Below are positions 40,170 to 50,501 of a stretch of DNA of 64,000 nt, piece by piece (positions within the stretch are counted from its first letter, which is position 1; each line of letters begins with the position of its first letter). Below the pieces are notes generated by a model. The model was not told the origin of the DNA. It did no database searches and saw only the letters and a program-made list of their open reading frames with translations. Position numbers and translations under genes: made by a program. The stretch lies in IMG/VR virus record IMGVR_UViG_3300002231_000336. One strand, given 5' to 3'. This DNA is from a virus.

Positions 40170-40319
40170 CTACACTCCTTGTACATATAGAGGGTTAGTG
40201 GCTGATATAGCCATTTCATCACTGCTTATAAGTAAAATCCTCTGCATAGAGGCATATGCTATACTAGCCGTAACAATAACTATTGATATTGCTAGGATTA
40301 TCCACGAAGCCCTATTCAT
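40170..40319 (-). CDS. 49-aa exported mini-protein (copy 2)
   Basis: Same as 1289-1438. Confidence 0.7.
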   Translation of the reverse strand: MNRASWIILAISIVIVTASIAYASMQRILLISSDEMAISATNPLYVQGV

Positions 40320-40330
40320 AATTCCTCCTT

Positions 40331-40585
40331 CTATTTATAACCATTAATACGTCCGAGTATCTTCATCATCTCATCGTGTTGGGACATCAATCCCCTGTGT
40401 TGTTCTTGAGATGCCCTGTGTTCCTCCTTGACACGAGTAGTAAATTCTATGAATGACAGCCGAAGTTCTTCCATTGTACTACACAAGTCCTTGACTATCT
40501 TAATCGTTATCCATGCGCATAGAGCAAACACTCCTAGTCCTAATCCCAGTTCCTTTGCTGCTTTAAGTATCATGTCGTATGCCAT
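40331..40585 (-). CDS. Holin-like small membrane protein (copy 2)
   Basis: Same as 1450-1704. Confidence 0.55.
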   Translation of the reverse strand: MAYDMILKAAKELGLGLGVFALCAWITIKIVKDLCSTMEELRLSFIEFTTRVKEEHRASQEQHRGLMSQHDEMMKILGRINGYK

Positions 40586-40614
40586 ACTGTTTCCTCCTAT
40601 AGTTAATTTACTTA

Positions 40615-42450
40615 TCAGCTTATCGTTATAGTATCAGTGCCACTCATAGTTACTGTACCAGAGCCAGACATAGTTTTGTCTCCTTCAGGCGTAGGAACGG
40701 GTGGATCTGGGTTGCCTAAGTCTGTTATTGTTATATCATCGAAACTTGCTTGGTCATTATAGCCACCGATACCGACATATCCAGACTGTGTTAAGTCGAT
40801 AGATGAGCTAGTAAATATTGGCGTGATGCCACTGCCATATTCATCGTGGTAGACGTTCAAGACTGAGTTCTCATATTCTATGGTTACATCATGCCAGTCG
40901 TTATCGTTAATGACCACGCCAGAACGGGTGACTTCCTCAATACGATATTCATCCCCCGCTGTTATCTGATAGACTCCGTTAGATTCGCTATCTGAATTGA
41001 ACATACAGAAGAAATAGTTATCGTCATCTTCATAACCAAAGATGAAATCATAGTCAGCGTAAGCACTCTCTGATACATCAGCTTCATTAGATTTTACCTG
41101 TGCCTCCAACCTGAACTCTGAATATGCTGCACCATTGTAATAGGCATACTCACCAAGACCGCCCTTGCCAGTAGGACTATAGACCGTGTTGTCTATCCTG
41201 TAACAGGCATCAGCATCATTAACTATTTCCCATGAGGCAGAGCGTTCAGTATAGTTTGCTGAGTCATTAGTAGCCCCTGTGCCGAATGATGTACCGCCTG
41301 ATGGCGTGACTTCTGTACTAATGTTGTACGTAACCTGTGCCATCGAATTAGTGGCAAGGTCATCAGCATCTATTGTTATTGCATATGTCTCACCATAATC
41401 TATTGATTCATTTACATTACTATTAGAGAGATAAAAGTTCATCTGTGATGTGTTGCCAGACCACGACAAGTCGCTTGACTCATCATTGCCTGCGACTGTC
41501 AGAACAACTGATTCGCTGTCTACTCCATCACCTGCATCTGATATGGTAAATGAAACAAATGGGTCTTTGGTTAGGCTAACGCCTGTCGCACCTTGTGCTG
41601 GATCAAATGAACTAGCCGATGGTGCAGTCGTGTCACTACCGCCCCCGATATAATCATCATAGCTCTTTTCATTAGACACATAAACTTCATCTATTAATGC
41701 TGTCTGCGTTATGTCTGGTGTTTGGTTCCAGTATGACCAGATGTAACAGAAGTCTAGAACACGACCATTAACCCATGTGTTGCTTGCGCCAGTGCCAATT
41801 GTTATCCATGAGTTTTCCTGCTTAATTAAGACATCATCAAAATACCATGAGACGATACCGTTACTTGAACCAGACGTATTCGCTTTCCAATAATAATCTA
41901 TCTTATGCCACACATCATCAGTCCATGTTGAAGCCTTGTCGCTCCACTTACCTATGTTCCCGTAACCGCTTGGCACGTACTCATTGTTTATATATGCCCT
42001 ACCATATACGGTATCACCATCATTTACACCGAATATACTATTATAGCCATTATTGTTTCCAGAATCAGACTCCTTCTTATGGGCACGGAATATCTTTATA
42101 TCAACGTTACTATGCTCGTTATCATTCCATGACCACGAGGACACTGTTTTAATATATATTGTCATCCAGAATTCATCGCCAGCCTGGATAGTGTGATTAA
42201 TATTATCTATCTTTGCTTTCGGTCCATTAGAAAATACATCTAAACCTTCAGTAAATTCACATCGCCCACACTGAGAACCAACTTTTGCATCAGAGTTTTC
42301 AAAATAAATGGCTTTCGTACCATCGCTGAAAATTGCGCCATTTGAACCTGTAGCAAGAGCATCATCTGAACCGCTCTCAAAGCCCTCATGATATGTCCAC
42401 CCACAAAACATAAAAACACAGCATATAAGCATCAGTAATTTATTAATCAT
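40615..42450 (-). CDS. Exported multidomain protein: ConA/lyase-like beta-sandwich + Ig-like (Big_5 type) + DUF1080-like sandwich
   Basis: Hydrophobic leader; YHEGFESG...WHKIDYYWK; DTTAPSASSFDPAQGATGVS; FRLEAQVK...FIFGYEDDDNY. Confidence 0.7.
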   Translation of the reverse strand: MINKLLMLICCVFMFCGWTYHEGFESGSDDALATGSNGAIFSDGTKAIYFENSDAKVGSQCGRCEFTEGLDVFSNGPKAKIDNINHTIQAGDEFWMTIYIKTVSSWSWNDNEHSNVDIKIFRAHKKESDSGNNNGYNSIFGVNDGDTVYGRAYINNEYVPSGYGNIGKWSDKASTWTDDVWHKIDYYWKANTSGSSNGIVSWYFDDVLIKQENSWITIGTGASNTWVNGRVLDFCYIWSYWNQTPDITQTALIDEVYVSNEKSYDDYIGGGSDTTAPSASSFDPAQGATGVSLTKDPFVSFTISDAGDGVDSESVVLTVAGNDESSDLSWSGNTSQMNFYLSNSNVNESIDYGETYAITIDADDLATNSMAQVTYNISTEVTPSGGTSFGTGATNDSANYTERSASWEIVNDADACYRIDNTVYSPTGKGGLGEYAYYNGAAYSEFRLEAQVKSNEADVSESAYADYDFIFGYEDDDNYFFCMFNSDSESNGVYQITAGDEYRIEEVTRSGVVINDNDWHDVTIEYENSVLNVYHDEYGSGITPIFTSSSIDLTQSGYVGIGGYNDQASFDDITITDLGNPDPPVPTPEGDKTMSGSGTVTMSGTDTITIS

Positions 42451-43020
42451 CTATCCTCCAATTAATATTACTTGTGAAGCCCTTTTGTTTGGTGTTGTCG
42501 CCGGGCTACTAACAGCACCAGTAACATATGCATTTAATATCCCGTAACTCCAACTACCCGATGTTCCCCACGGGTCAGGCATGTTACCACTTGAATATGT
42601 AAAGCTGTCATAATCAGATGAACCAACATTATCGTTTCTCAGTTTTTTTGATGCACTGTTAGCAACACCGATACGATATGTTTGCCCAGAAGTTATAGCA
42701 TCTCCATCATCAAAAGTATATTCAGTATACGACCCATCAGTAATACCAGTTATTTCGTTCGAAATATCCATAAGGTTATTGCTTGAATCCCATACACCCA
42801 TTTGTGATGTACAGCTAGCATCAGTAGAACCCCATTGCACATAACCATTTTCTAGTGTGCCACTTGCAATAGCAGTAAACTGGTCTGAATACACGCGATT
42901 CACATCAAGATAATCTTCGTCAACTGAAGATGTGCTATTACCAGCCAACGTATCAGCATAAACAGGTACAGCTAAAAGTAATGCACATAACGTGCTTATG
43001 ATTAATTTGTAGTTTTCCAT
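42451..43020 (-). CDS. Exported beta-rich protein (copy 2)
   Basis: Same as 3572-4141. Confidence 0.7.
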   Translation of the reverse strand: MENYKLIISTLCALLLAVPVYADTLAGNSTSSVDEDYLDVNRVYSDQFTAIASGTLENGYVQWGSTDASCTSQMGVWDSSNNLMDISNEITGITDGSYTEYTFDDGDAITSGQTYRIGVANSASKKLRNDNVGSSDYDSFTYSSGNMPDPWGTSGSWSYGILNAYVTGAVSSPATTPNKRASQVILIGG

Positions 43021-43874
43021 TTTATTTTCACTGTCAACCTTGTTGGGGCATCTGTGGTATCGAGGTCAAGCAAGACTACATGCCCGTCTTCTATAGTGTT
43101 ATTATCAATGTCTGCTTTTGCTACTGTGTCATGATATGGGTCAGCACCAGTCGTGGTATTACACGCCTCAATTGTTGTGCTATTAGACGTACCATCAGCA
43201 TCAACCTCAGTGAGCGTGAATGCGGTGTCGTCTTGCCCCCAAGCCCATGATTCGATATCATGGATATATACAGTAACGCCAGTATCATTCACCCACATTG
43301 GAAATGGCTCAAGACTAAAATCAACCACATCAGATGGACTAAGAACCGTAGCCATTGCAGAATCACCTGCAAGCAATACACCGTCAGTTGTAATTGGGTC
43401 GCTAAAGGTAATATCCCCTGCCCAAGTATTACCAGTAATCTCAGCACCACCTTCAAAATATGCTTTGCCTAATACAGTTAGATTACTATTAGCCGACAAA
43501 TCCCCTTTGGTTAATACATCATCTGAGACCAAACCAGTGGTATAATTGACGTGTTCTCCTGCCACGAAGCCAGTAAGGTCATCATGGTCTATAGCAGTTT
43601 CTAGGGTAGTTTCTGTGGTAGCATCAATACTATCAAGTCCTTCAAGTAGCCCATCTCCTGTCAAGGAAACTGTCTGTGCATAGACCGTACTAGTTGACAA
43701 TGTCTGCGATATGCTCACGTCACCATCAATATATGCACCGTCAGCAGTTTCAGTAAATGCACTACCAGATTCATAATAATCTTGCTTACCAGTATATGGA
43801 TTGAATCGATAATCAGCAGAAGCAACACTAACAAATAACAAAACACCAAGAATAGTTAATACTACCTTCTTCAT
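43002..43874 (-). CDS. Exported acidic fibre-like protein, 290 aa (intact)
   Basis: Signal peptide MKKVVLTILGVLLFVSVASA-D; YRFNPYTGKQDY N-terminal motif; IDHDDLTGFVAGEH. Confidence 0.72.
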   Translation of the reverse strand: MKKVVLTILGVLLFVSVASADYRFNPYTGKQDYYESGSAFTETADGAYIDGDVSISQTLSTSTVYAQTVSLTGDGLLEGLDSIDATTETTLETAIDHDDLTGFVAGEHVNYTTGLVSDDVLTKGDLSANSNLTVLGKAYFEGGAEITGNTWAGDITFSDPITTDGVLLAGDSAMATVLSPSDVVDFSLEPFPMWVNDTGVTVYIHDIESWAWGQDDTAFTLTEVDADGTSNSTTIEACNTTTGADPYHDTVAKADIDNNTIEDGHVVLLDLDTTDAPTRLTVKIKWKTTN

Positions 43875-43884
43875 AATTGCCTCC

Positions 43885-44193
43885 TTAAGCATAACTTGCC
43901 GATGCTCTGTTATCCCAACTATCATATGCCGTTTGACGTAATGTAACGAAATCACTTCCATCATACGTAAACTTATATATAATCCAACCATCATCACTAG
44001 ATGCAAGGCTTCTAGCACCATAGCCCATATATAATGGTTGCCCAGTTGGAGTTCCGGTATAATCTAGTCTCATCTGTAGATTATGTGGTATATCCATAAC
44101 CCTTTTTGCATACATCGCATCATCATGTTCACGTGCTTGGGTGGCCGTATCACTAACAGCACCAGCAGGTTGAAAAGAATCACCTATTGTCAT
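43885..44193 (-). CDS. Hypothetical tail-region protein (copy 2)
   Basis: Same as 5007-5315. Confidence 0.6.
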   Translation of the reverse strand: MTIGDSFQPAGAVSDTATQAREHDDAMYAKRVMDIPHNLQMRLDYTGTPTGQPLYMGYGARSLASSDDGWIIYKFTYDGSDFVTLRQTAYDSWDNRASASYA

Positions 44194-44206
44194 TATTCTA
44201 CTCCTT

Positions 44207-44569
44207 TTATCGTCTATTTTTTAGTAAATCTTGTTGCGCCTTAAGTTCTTCACGTTGCTTTTGTATGATAATCCATCTATGCATACGATTATAACGAGTC
44301 TCACCTATAGATGGTGTGCCGAGTTTCATTTCGAGATTCTTTATCTTACGAAGTGCATCACTTGCTCTCTCTGTATTTTCATATGCCCAATCACTAATAT
44401 CCTTCATCATGTCCATATCAACAGCGCCTTGGGATACCCCAAAATATGAGATAACTGATTGGGGGACATGGTCTTCTGGTCTGTTTACATTAAGTGTCTC
44501 TACCGCCTCTTTGTTCGGTTTATTCACCAATGGCGATGGTGTTGGTTGTACGTTCTTTACAATTCCCAT
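44207..44569 (-). CDS. Hypothetical protein (copy 2)
   Basis: Same as 5329-5691. Confidence 0.7.
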   Translation of the reverse strand: MGIVKNVQPTPSPLVNKPNKEAVETLNVNRPEDHVPQSVISYFGVSQGAVDMDMMKDISDWAYENTERASDALRKIKNLEMKLGTPSIGETRYNRMHRWIIIQKQREELKAQQDLLKNRR

Positions 44570-44583
44570 GGGGTCTCCTTATG

Positions 44584-45906
44584 TTAATTAGTTTTATTAG
44601 CTATGTTTTTGCCTAGTAATTTTGCTGTCAAAAATGCATGACCAGCATACCCTACTGCCCCAGCAGCATACTTACCAATCTTATGCCATGTAGCATATTT
44701 CTGCATATCTTGTATCACATGTTTCATAGAACCTTCTAGCTGTGCTACCCTACCTAAATATTCTTTTGGCATCTTGTTCTCCCCCATAAAAGCATTACGC
44801 ATAGTATCGATATCGCCATATGTACCTTCTTGGTCTAGTAACATTTTTTTAACTATCTCTTGCCTTTTAAGAGCTATGGACGCTTTTTTATTCATTCCAC
44901 CGTATATTGCTTTATTTTTAGCACCATCTATAGATCCTTTAACAACATTATCTATTGAGTCGTATGCATTAAGCAATGCTTCGTCAGCTGGCGTAAGACC
45001 TCTACCAGATTTTTGTTTTGCCCATATTGTGCGTAATCCTTTATTAACAGTGCTTTTCATTTTCCAAGCATCTTTTAACGAAGAGACTTTTCCTTTAATG
45101 TGTTTAGTTATTCTTGAAGGCAACACATCGATTACTTTTTGTATTGAGGCAACGCCATCATTTGATAGTGGAACATCATGCTTTGTGTAAAAATCATCTA
45201 ACATTGCATATGTTTTTTTGCCAAGCAAATCAACCGCTTTGCCAGCTTCTTTTACTTGTTTCTTAACATAACCAGTGCCACGAAACTTTTGCGCATTCTT
45301 GCCTAATCCACCGAATAGTTTAGCTCCTATTCCAACTGATGTTAATAACCCAAATGTCCCTGCCATAAATTCATTAGTTTTTGTAGGATCTTTATATCTT
45401 GTTCTTATAAGGTCACCATACTCTCCAACTTCAGTATCAAGAACACCTTTAATAAATGCTCCAGGCATCCCTTGGAAATTACCTGCTTGCGCTTCTACGG
45501 CTGCTAATGCTATTGGTGATTCCACAGCTTTATAAGGAACTGCCATCAACTCTGCACCCGCCATAATAGTTTTCCCTACATCAGCGCCAATTTCAATACC
45601 TTTAGTTGGTGTTATCCCTTTATCTATAAAATATTCATCTGGCTTAACATTAATTAAACTATGTGGTAATGAACCGTCTTTCACACCTTCCCAAGCTTCT
45701 TTGATTGGCCGGAATACCCCAGGTCTATTTTGCTGTAATTCCTTAACTCTATTATACCCAGGGGTAAATTGAGGGTTTTCATTCTGTGTTGTATCAGCAA
45801 CTGGTCCACCAACCATGCTTCTAAAACCTTCTAGTGCTGCTTCACGCGTATCGGCTTCTATTTCGTATACCTCACCACCACTCTCTATCTCGTATATATC
45901 AGCCAT
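44584..45906 (-). CDS. Putative ejection protein, 440 aa (intact)
   Basis: IYEIESGGEVYEIEA N-terminal motif; Gly/Ala/Lys rich. Confidence 0.6.
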   Translation of the reverse strand: MADIYEIESGGEVYEIEADTREAALEGFRSMVGGPVADTTQNENPQFTPGYNRVKELQQNRPGVFRPIKEAWEGVKDGSLPHSLINVKPDEYFIDKGITPTKGIEIGADVGKTIMAGAELMAVPYKAVESPIALAAVEAQAGNFQGMPGAFIKGVLDTEVGEYGDLIRTRYKDPTKTNEFMAGTFGLLTSVGIGAKLFGGLGKNAQKFRGTGYVKKQVKEAGKAVDLLGKKTYAMLDDFYTKHDVPLSNDGVASIQKVIDVLPSRITKHIKGKVSSLKDAWKMKSTVNKGLRTIWAKQKSGRGLTPADEALLNAYDSIDNVVKGSIDGAKNKAIYGGMNKKASIALKRQEIVKKMLLDQEGTYGDIDTMRNAFMGENKMPKEYLGRVAQLEGSMKHVIQDMQKYATWHKIGKYAAGAVGYAGHAFLTAKLLGKNIANKTN

Positions 45907-45907
45907 A

Positions 45908-47011
45908 TTATACCTTCTTCCTTATCTTAACACCACCATATTCGACCCACTCATTGCCAACATCTTTAAGTTCTTTTTTGGACGCTGCTATTTTCTTTGC
46001 AGTATTCTTTTTTAATAATTCTGGTGCTTCTTCTTGCACTCTTTGCAAATATTTAATCCTTGTCTCTTTTTCAAACTTCTTAGCAAAACGATTAATAGCT
46101 TCGTTTCTTTCAAAGAAATCATTTATACTACCTATAACTTTCCCAGTTTTCGGGTCTTTTACAATTTGTAGAATTGGCTTGTAAGTCCCGTCCTCCATAG
46201 CTAATCTAATATTATTATGTAATGCTGTGCCTACTGCATTCCTTGATGTTTCAGCAATATTGTTCGCACTTGTTTCTAAAGTATTGCCAACCTTAGCTGT
46301 AGCAGATGCAAATATTTCAGTAATCATTGCACCCCTAACACCTGGTATAAGAGTTCTACCAACCAATGCCGCTGCTTCATTTTTAGCACTATTAAAAGCA
46401 CTTTTATACTCGTTAGCTTGGTCTGGTGTCAACTTATCTATAAGCCCAAACAAATCACCCGGTTTAACGCCTAGGTTTTTATATTGCTCTTTGGCAAACT
46501 TTAGATGTTGGTCAAATGATGTTTCGCCAACAGTGAGTAGCTGACCAGTAGTTGCAGCTAATTCAGCACCTTTTTTCTCTTGTTGTGATGCCACTTCTTT
46601 GTCTTTTTGTATATCAGCTGTAGCAGCAGATTTTTGAACTTCTCTTTGAGCTATAGTATTTGGATCTTCTTTTAACCCAAGACTCGCCTCTGGGCTATAA
46701 TTAGTTGGCACATTAACACCTATTGGCGATTGCCCACGTGAGATTTGCTCTTTTATAGCTACATTAGCTGGTCTCGCTGCACCAACAGCACTTGTACCAC
46801 CGCCAGCTGGCATCTGTTGTTGCAAACTATTTTGCTGCGCTATCATCTGCATAATCATCATGTCTTTAATGCTTTTAGAGTTACTAGCCTGTTGTGTCTG
46901 CGCAGCCTTAGCCCTCGCATCTATAACCTTCTGAGCGTCAAGATAACCTTTCATAAAATTATCGAATTTAGCTCCTGCCGACTCTCTTTTTATTTTTGTA
47001 TATGCTGGCAT
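45908..47011 (-). CDS. Putative ejection protein (copy 2)
   Basis: Same as 7031-8134. Confidence 0.55.
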   Translation of the reverse strand: MPAYTKIKRESAGAKFDNFMKGYLDAQKVIDARAKAAQTQQASNSKSIKDMMIMQMIAQQNSLQQQMPAGGGTSAVGAARPANVAIKEQISRGQSPIGVNVPTNYSPEASLGLKEDPNTIAQREVQKSAATADIQKDKEVASQQEKKGAELAATTGQLLTVGETSFDQHLKFAKEQYKNLGVKPGDLFGLIDKLTPDQANEYKSAFNSAKNEAAALVGRTLIPGVRGAMITEIFASATAKVGNTLETSANNIAETSRNAVGTALHNNIRLAMEDGTYKPILQIVKDPKTGKVIGSINDFFERNEAINRFAKKFEKETRIKYLQRVQEEAPELLKKNTAKKIAASKKELKDVGNEWVEYGGVKIRKKV

Positions 47012-47019
47012 AAATCCCC

Positions 47020-47997
47020 CTATTGTCTAATTAATCCGTAATTGCTATTATAATTGCTCGTAGCATTAAGTATTTGGTTCATATTCGCATAATTTGAGCC
47101 AGCTGTTGCGCTAGGAATATAATTAGAATATAACTGACTATTATTTACAACTCCACTTGTGTTATTTCCGCCTCCACTATTTAATAATCCACCAAGTAAA
47201 TTACCTATCTGACCACCTAAAACACCACTACCATATCCGCCACCAGTTTGGTCTAATGCTGGAGTGTTAGCATAACCTCCGAGAGTATATTGCGCTGCTA
47301 GACTAGGGGTAAACCCACCATGTATATTAGTATATTCTGGGATAATCGGCTCATAAAGCGGAACACGACTGGTAAGCTGATAGCCTAAGTTACGAAAGTA
47401 ATCCTGATATTGTTTCTGCATTCCAAGCAACCCAATAGATTGAACATCAGCACCGATAGGGGAAGCGGCCTGTTGCCCAAGCGTCGCACGTGTGTCAGAG
47501 AGATATTTCTTTCTCATCCAATCAGGAATATCATCGTTTATACCCTGAGATGCTTGTTGTGCGAGTTGTTCCTGTAAGCCAGTGCTATATGGATATAACT
47601 CTTCCATCCCGGCTTTTTGCGCAGCAGCTATTTGTGTGCCATAATTGCGGAGTAAGTCTAACTGCAACTGTGCTTCCTTGGGAGCATATTTCTGTGTCAT
47701 ACCAAAATATGTTGGGTATGCCGCTTTATATTCATCGGCTAGTTCTGTTAACGATGGGAGTCTTGGTGCCTCATCATCCCCAGAACCACCACCTAATATT
47801 TTCCCACCACTGAAATAATCAGCAGTATTTGACAAACCACCTCCAGGGTCTACTACATTAAAAAAAGCTCTTTTCCCCTTATCTTTAACGCCTCTGTTAA
47901 AAAGATTACTTGCTACAGTATTTATGTAGCTACCTCTATTAGGCTGTAAAGTATTCTGTGAATTAGCCATACTCGCTACTGCACCTGCAATCGCCAT
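47020..47997 (-). CDS. Putative pilot / ejection protein (copy 2)
   Basis: Same as 8143-9120. Confidence 0.55.
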   Translation of the reverse strand: MAIAGAVASMANSQNTLQPNRGSYINTVASNLFNRGVKDKGKRAFFNVVDPGGGLSNTADYFSGGKILGGGSGDDEAPRLPSLTELADEYKAAYPTYFGMTQKYAPKEAQLQLDLLRNYGTQIAAAQKAGMEELYPYSTGLQEQLAQQASQGINDDIPDWMRKKYLSDTRATLGQQAASPIGADVQSIGLLGMQKQYQDYFRNLGYQLTSRVPLYEPIIPEYTNIHGGFTPSLAAQYTLGGYANTPALDQTGGGYGSGVLGGQIGNLLGGLLNSGGGNNTSGVVNNSQLYSNYIPSATAGSNYANMNQILNATSNYNSNYGLIRQ

Positions 47998-47998
47998 A

Positions 47999-48202
47999 TC
48001 AACCCCCTACTTTCTTTATATCTTCTAATATCTTTTCTTTGATTTTACGCAAATCATCAATGCTATATTGTATAGAATCATATTGTTTTTTTACATGCTC
48101 ATAACGTGTTTTTATAATAGACATTTCTGAGCGTAATTTATCAAGATTCACATTTATATCGTTTACCTTGTTCTTAAGATACTTCCTGGTTTCTTTATTC
48201 AT
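47999..48202 (-). CDS. Small coiled-coil protein (copy 2)
   Basis: Same as 9122-9325. Confidence 0.6.
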   Translation of the reverse strand: MNKETRKYLKNKVNDINVNLDKLRSEMSIIKTRYEHVKKQYDSIQYSIDDLRKIKEKILEDIKKVGG

Positions 48203-48219
48203 AGCAACTCCTAGACCGA

Positions 48220-48927
48220 TTATTCGGCTGCATATTCTGTTATAGTGAGAGATGATGTAAGCGCACCGCCATAAAAACTACTTCCGCCAACTCCATTAAT
48301 GGTAGTAGTCCCAGCATTTTCAGAGCCAGCCCGAATCTTAAATGTAGTTTCACTTGTAGTGCCAGCCAACATTTTATATCTTAATACTATCTGGTAACAT
48401 CTACCAGCGTCTTCTTGACCCATAGCACAAGCTAAAGCATCAGCTGTAGAATCTTGAAATAATGCCATACATATTTTTGACCCAGCAGTTGTATGAGCGA
48501 CATGTAGTATAGCTTCTACAACAAGTATATTTGTTGTAGCTAATGGAGTAATCGCTTGAGTTATATATTCGTCACCTTCTGTATTTTGTGGTTTTGATGT
48601 ATCACCAGGGATTACAGTTGTACCTGTAGTGGATGTAACATAATTATTTTGCACAACTTGCACCACTGGATTCCCTATCGCTGAACCAGACACAGTCAAA
48701 GAACCAGTAATATCAACATCACCTGAAGCGGTCACATCACCACAGACAACATTTTGTGCTCCGAAATTGGGTGCAATCTTTGACCCAGCTATAGCAGCAG
48801 ATGAACTAATATCTGCATTTACAATATTAGATATTGACCCACTAGCTAAATCTATTAGGTCGTGTAAATCTGCCTTTACTCCACTATCTGGAAGGGTTTT
48901 ACCCCTCGTAATCGTCACAGTTGCCAC
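48220..48927 (-). CDS. Tail fibre / spike protein (copy 2)
   Basis: Same as 9343-10050. Confidence 0.6.
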   Translation of the reverse strand: MATVTITRGKTLPDSGVKADLHDLIDLASGSISNIVNADISSSAAIAGSKIAPNFGAQNVVCGDVTASGDVDITGSLTVSGSAIGNPVVQVVQNNYVTSTTGTTVIPGDTSKPQNTEGDEYITQAITPLATTNILVVEAILHVAHTTAGSKICMALFQDSTADALACAMGQEDAGRCYQIVLRYKMLAGTTSETTFKIRAGSENAGTTTINGVGGSSFYGGALTSSLTITEYAAE

Positions 48928-48929
48928 GG

Positions 48930-50501
48930 TTAATCCTCCTCGTTATAATATTTATCTTCATGAGTAATTATACTTCTTTGCAATATCGTTATATCACCAC
49001 CACCGGTACCGTCGTGCCCGATCTTTATTTGCATTTGATACCACGGACCATAACGGTCAAGGTGAAACTTCTTGGTATATATACCAGCGTCTTGAAATAT
49101 CATCGGAAATGTCCATGATGCGAAATTAGTTTCTCTATCGGCTGTGTACACCTCTCCTAATTGCGTAAAATCACTTTCATCAAAACTACCGTATACTTTT
49201 ATGTGATATTCACCAGATGCTTTAGCCCGCACAATAACCTCACCACCACGTTTTTCCGTAAATGGTTTTAATACGTCATCCTTACGACCCACTTCACTAT
49301 AATTAATATCTGCGCCGTCATTATCACTTCCGAACCAAGCACGATACACATTACCATCGGTGGGGTTGACTGCATAAAGTCGTTCTTCACCATTATAGGT
49401 GAGCACATCCCAATCCGCTACGTTCCAACCATCTATTACCATCCAACCGTTAGTCGCAGGGTAATACACCCACACTGAATTATTAGTGGTTGAACTACTG
49501 ATAGGCAATGCGAGGAAATATTTGTTATCGAAATAAATAGCAGCCGCTAAATGTATATATGCCCAGTTAATAGTTTCAAATTCATCTTTTAAGGGATAAC
49601 TAAGTGGAAGAGATGTTTTATACTGTAGTGTATCGTATTGCGTTTTGAACACACCACGAACACCATCACGAGCCATATAGAGAATGTCATCGCCCACAAT
49701 CATTGCGGAACGATTTGCGACACAACCATCTTTTACGAGTATTCCAGTTTCATCTGTAGCAGCTGGAGTATTACTTGGGATAATATAGCTAATATTGTCC
49801 TTACCACCACATATAAGTCCTTTGCCTCTGATGCCTATAAGAAAACGTGCTGTACCTACTGGCATATTAAATATATCTGTCGCACGATTAAACGCCCCAG
49901 CATAATCTGAAGGGAACGCATCTGAGAAATAAAGTTGGTTACCAACCAATACCCAAAATCTACCATTATAAAAAGTGCCTACGTTACTTTGTGGTGGGTC
50001 ATCAGAATCATCTGTTAAGTCGGTTACAGAACCTGCTTGGTCTATCTCATGCCAGTTCGTTGTTTTTGAGCCAGTAAGCATAACATGTCCATCACCACCA
50101 GTCTTAAATACTTTTACAGCAGTTGGCAAATCACTATCTACTATATCTGTAGATGAAGATATTGCGCTAAATGAACTACCAGACCATTTGAGGAATGATG
50201 TGTTTGAGCCGCTAAGGACTACAGTACGTAACTCATGCGTACCGCCGTCTGGCTCAAAGGCATATAAGCCTAAGCAAGCATCTTTATTCAAATCCTCTAA
50301 TGACGTAAGACCAGGTATCTTCTTTGTTTGACCAGACACGCCTATATCAACATTATTAAGGGTTACCGCTTGTTGTTCTCCGATGTCCTGCCCGTCTAAT
50401 CTACTATTAGCACCAGCGGATAAATCACGCCTATTCATAGTGAGAGACTTATCATCAGCTGTCGGCATACTTACTAACTGTATCCTCTCTTTGGTGCTCA
50501 T
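48930..50501 (-). CDS. Tail nozzle / tubular protein B (beta-propeller), 523 aa (intact)
   Basis: RRDLSAGANSRL start, FYNGRFWV..NQLYFSD, GCVANRS, follows the adaptor. Confidence 0.75.
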   Translation of the reverse strand: MSTKERIQLVSMPTADDKSLTMNRRDLSAGANSRLDGQDIGEQQAVTLNNVDIGVSGQTKKIPGLTSLEDLNKDACLGLYAFEPDGGTHELRTVVLSGSNTSFLKWSGSSFSAISSSTDIVDSDLPTAVKVFKTGGDGHVMLTGSKTTNWHEIDQAGSVTDLTDDSDDPPQSNVGTFYNGRFWVLVGNQLYFSDAFPSDYAGAFNRATDIFNMPVGTARFLIGIRGKGLICGGKDNISYIIPSNTPAATDETGILVKDGCVANRSAMIVGDDILYMARDGVRGVFKTQYDTLQYKTSLPLSYPLKDEFETINWAYIHLAAAIYFDNKYFLALPISSSTTNNSVWVYYPATNGWMVIDGWNVADWDVLTYNGEERLYAVNPTDGNVYRAWFGSDNDGADINYSEVGRKDDVLKPFTEKRGGEVIVRAKASGEYHIKVYGSFDESDFTQLGEVYTADRETNFASWTFPMIFQDAGIYTKKFHLDRYGPWYQMQIKIGHDGTGGGDITILQRSIITHEDKYYNEED

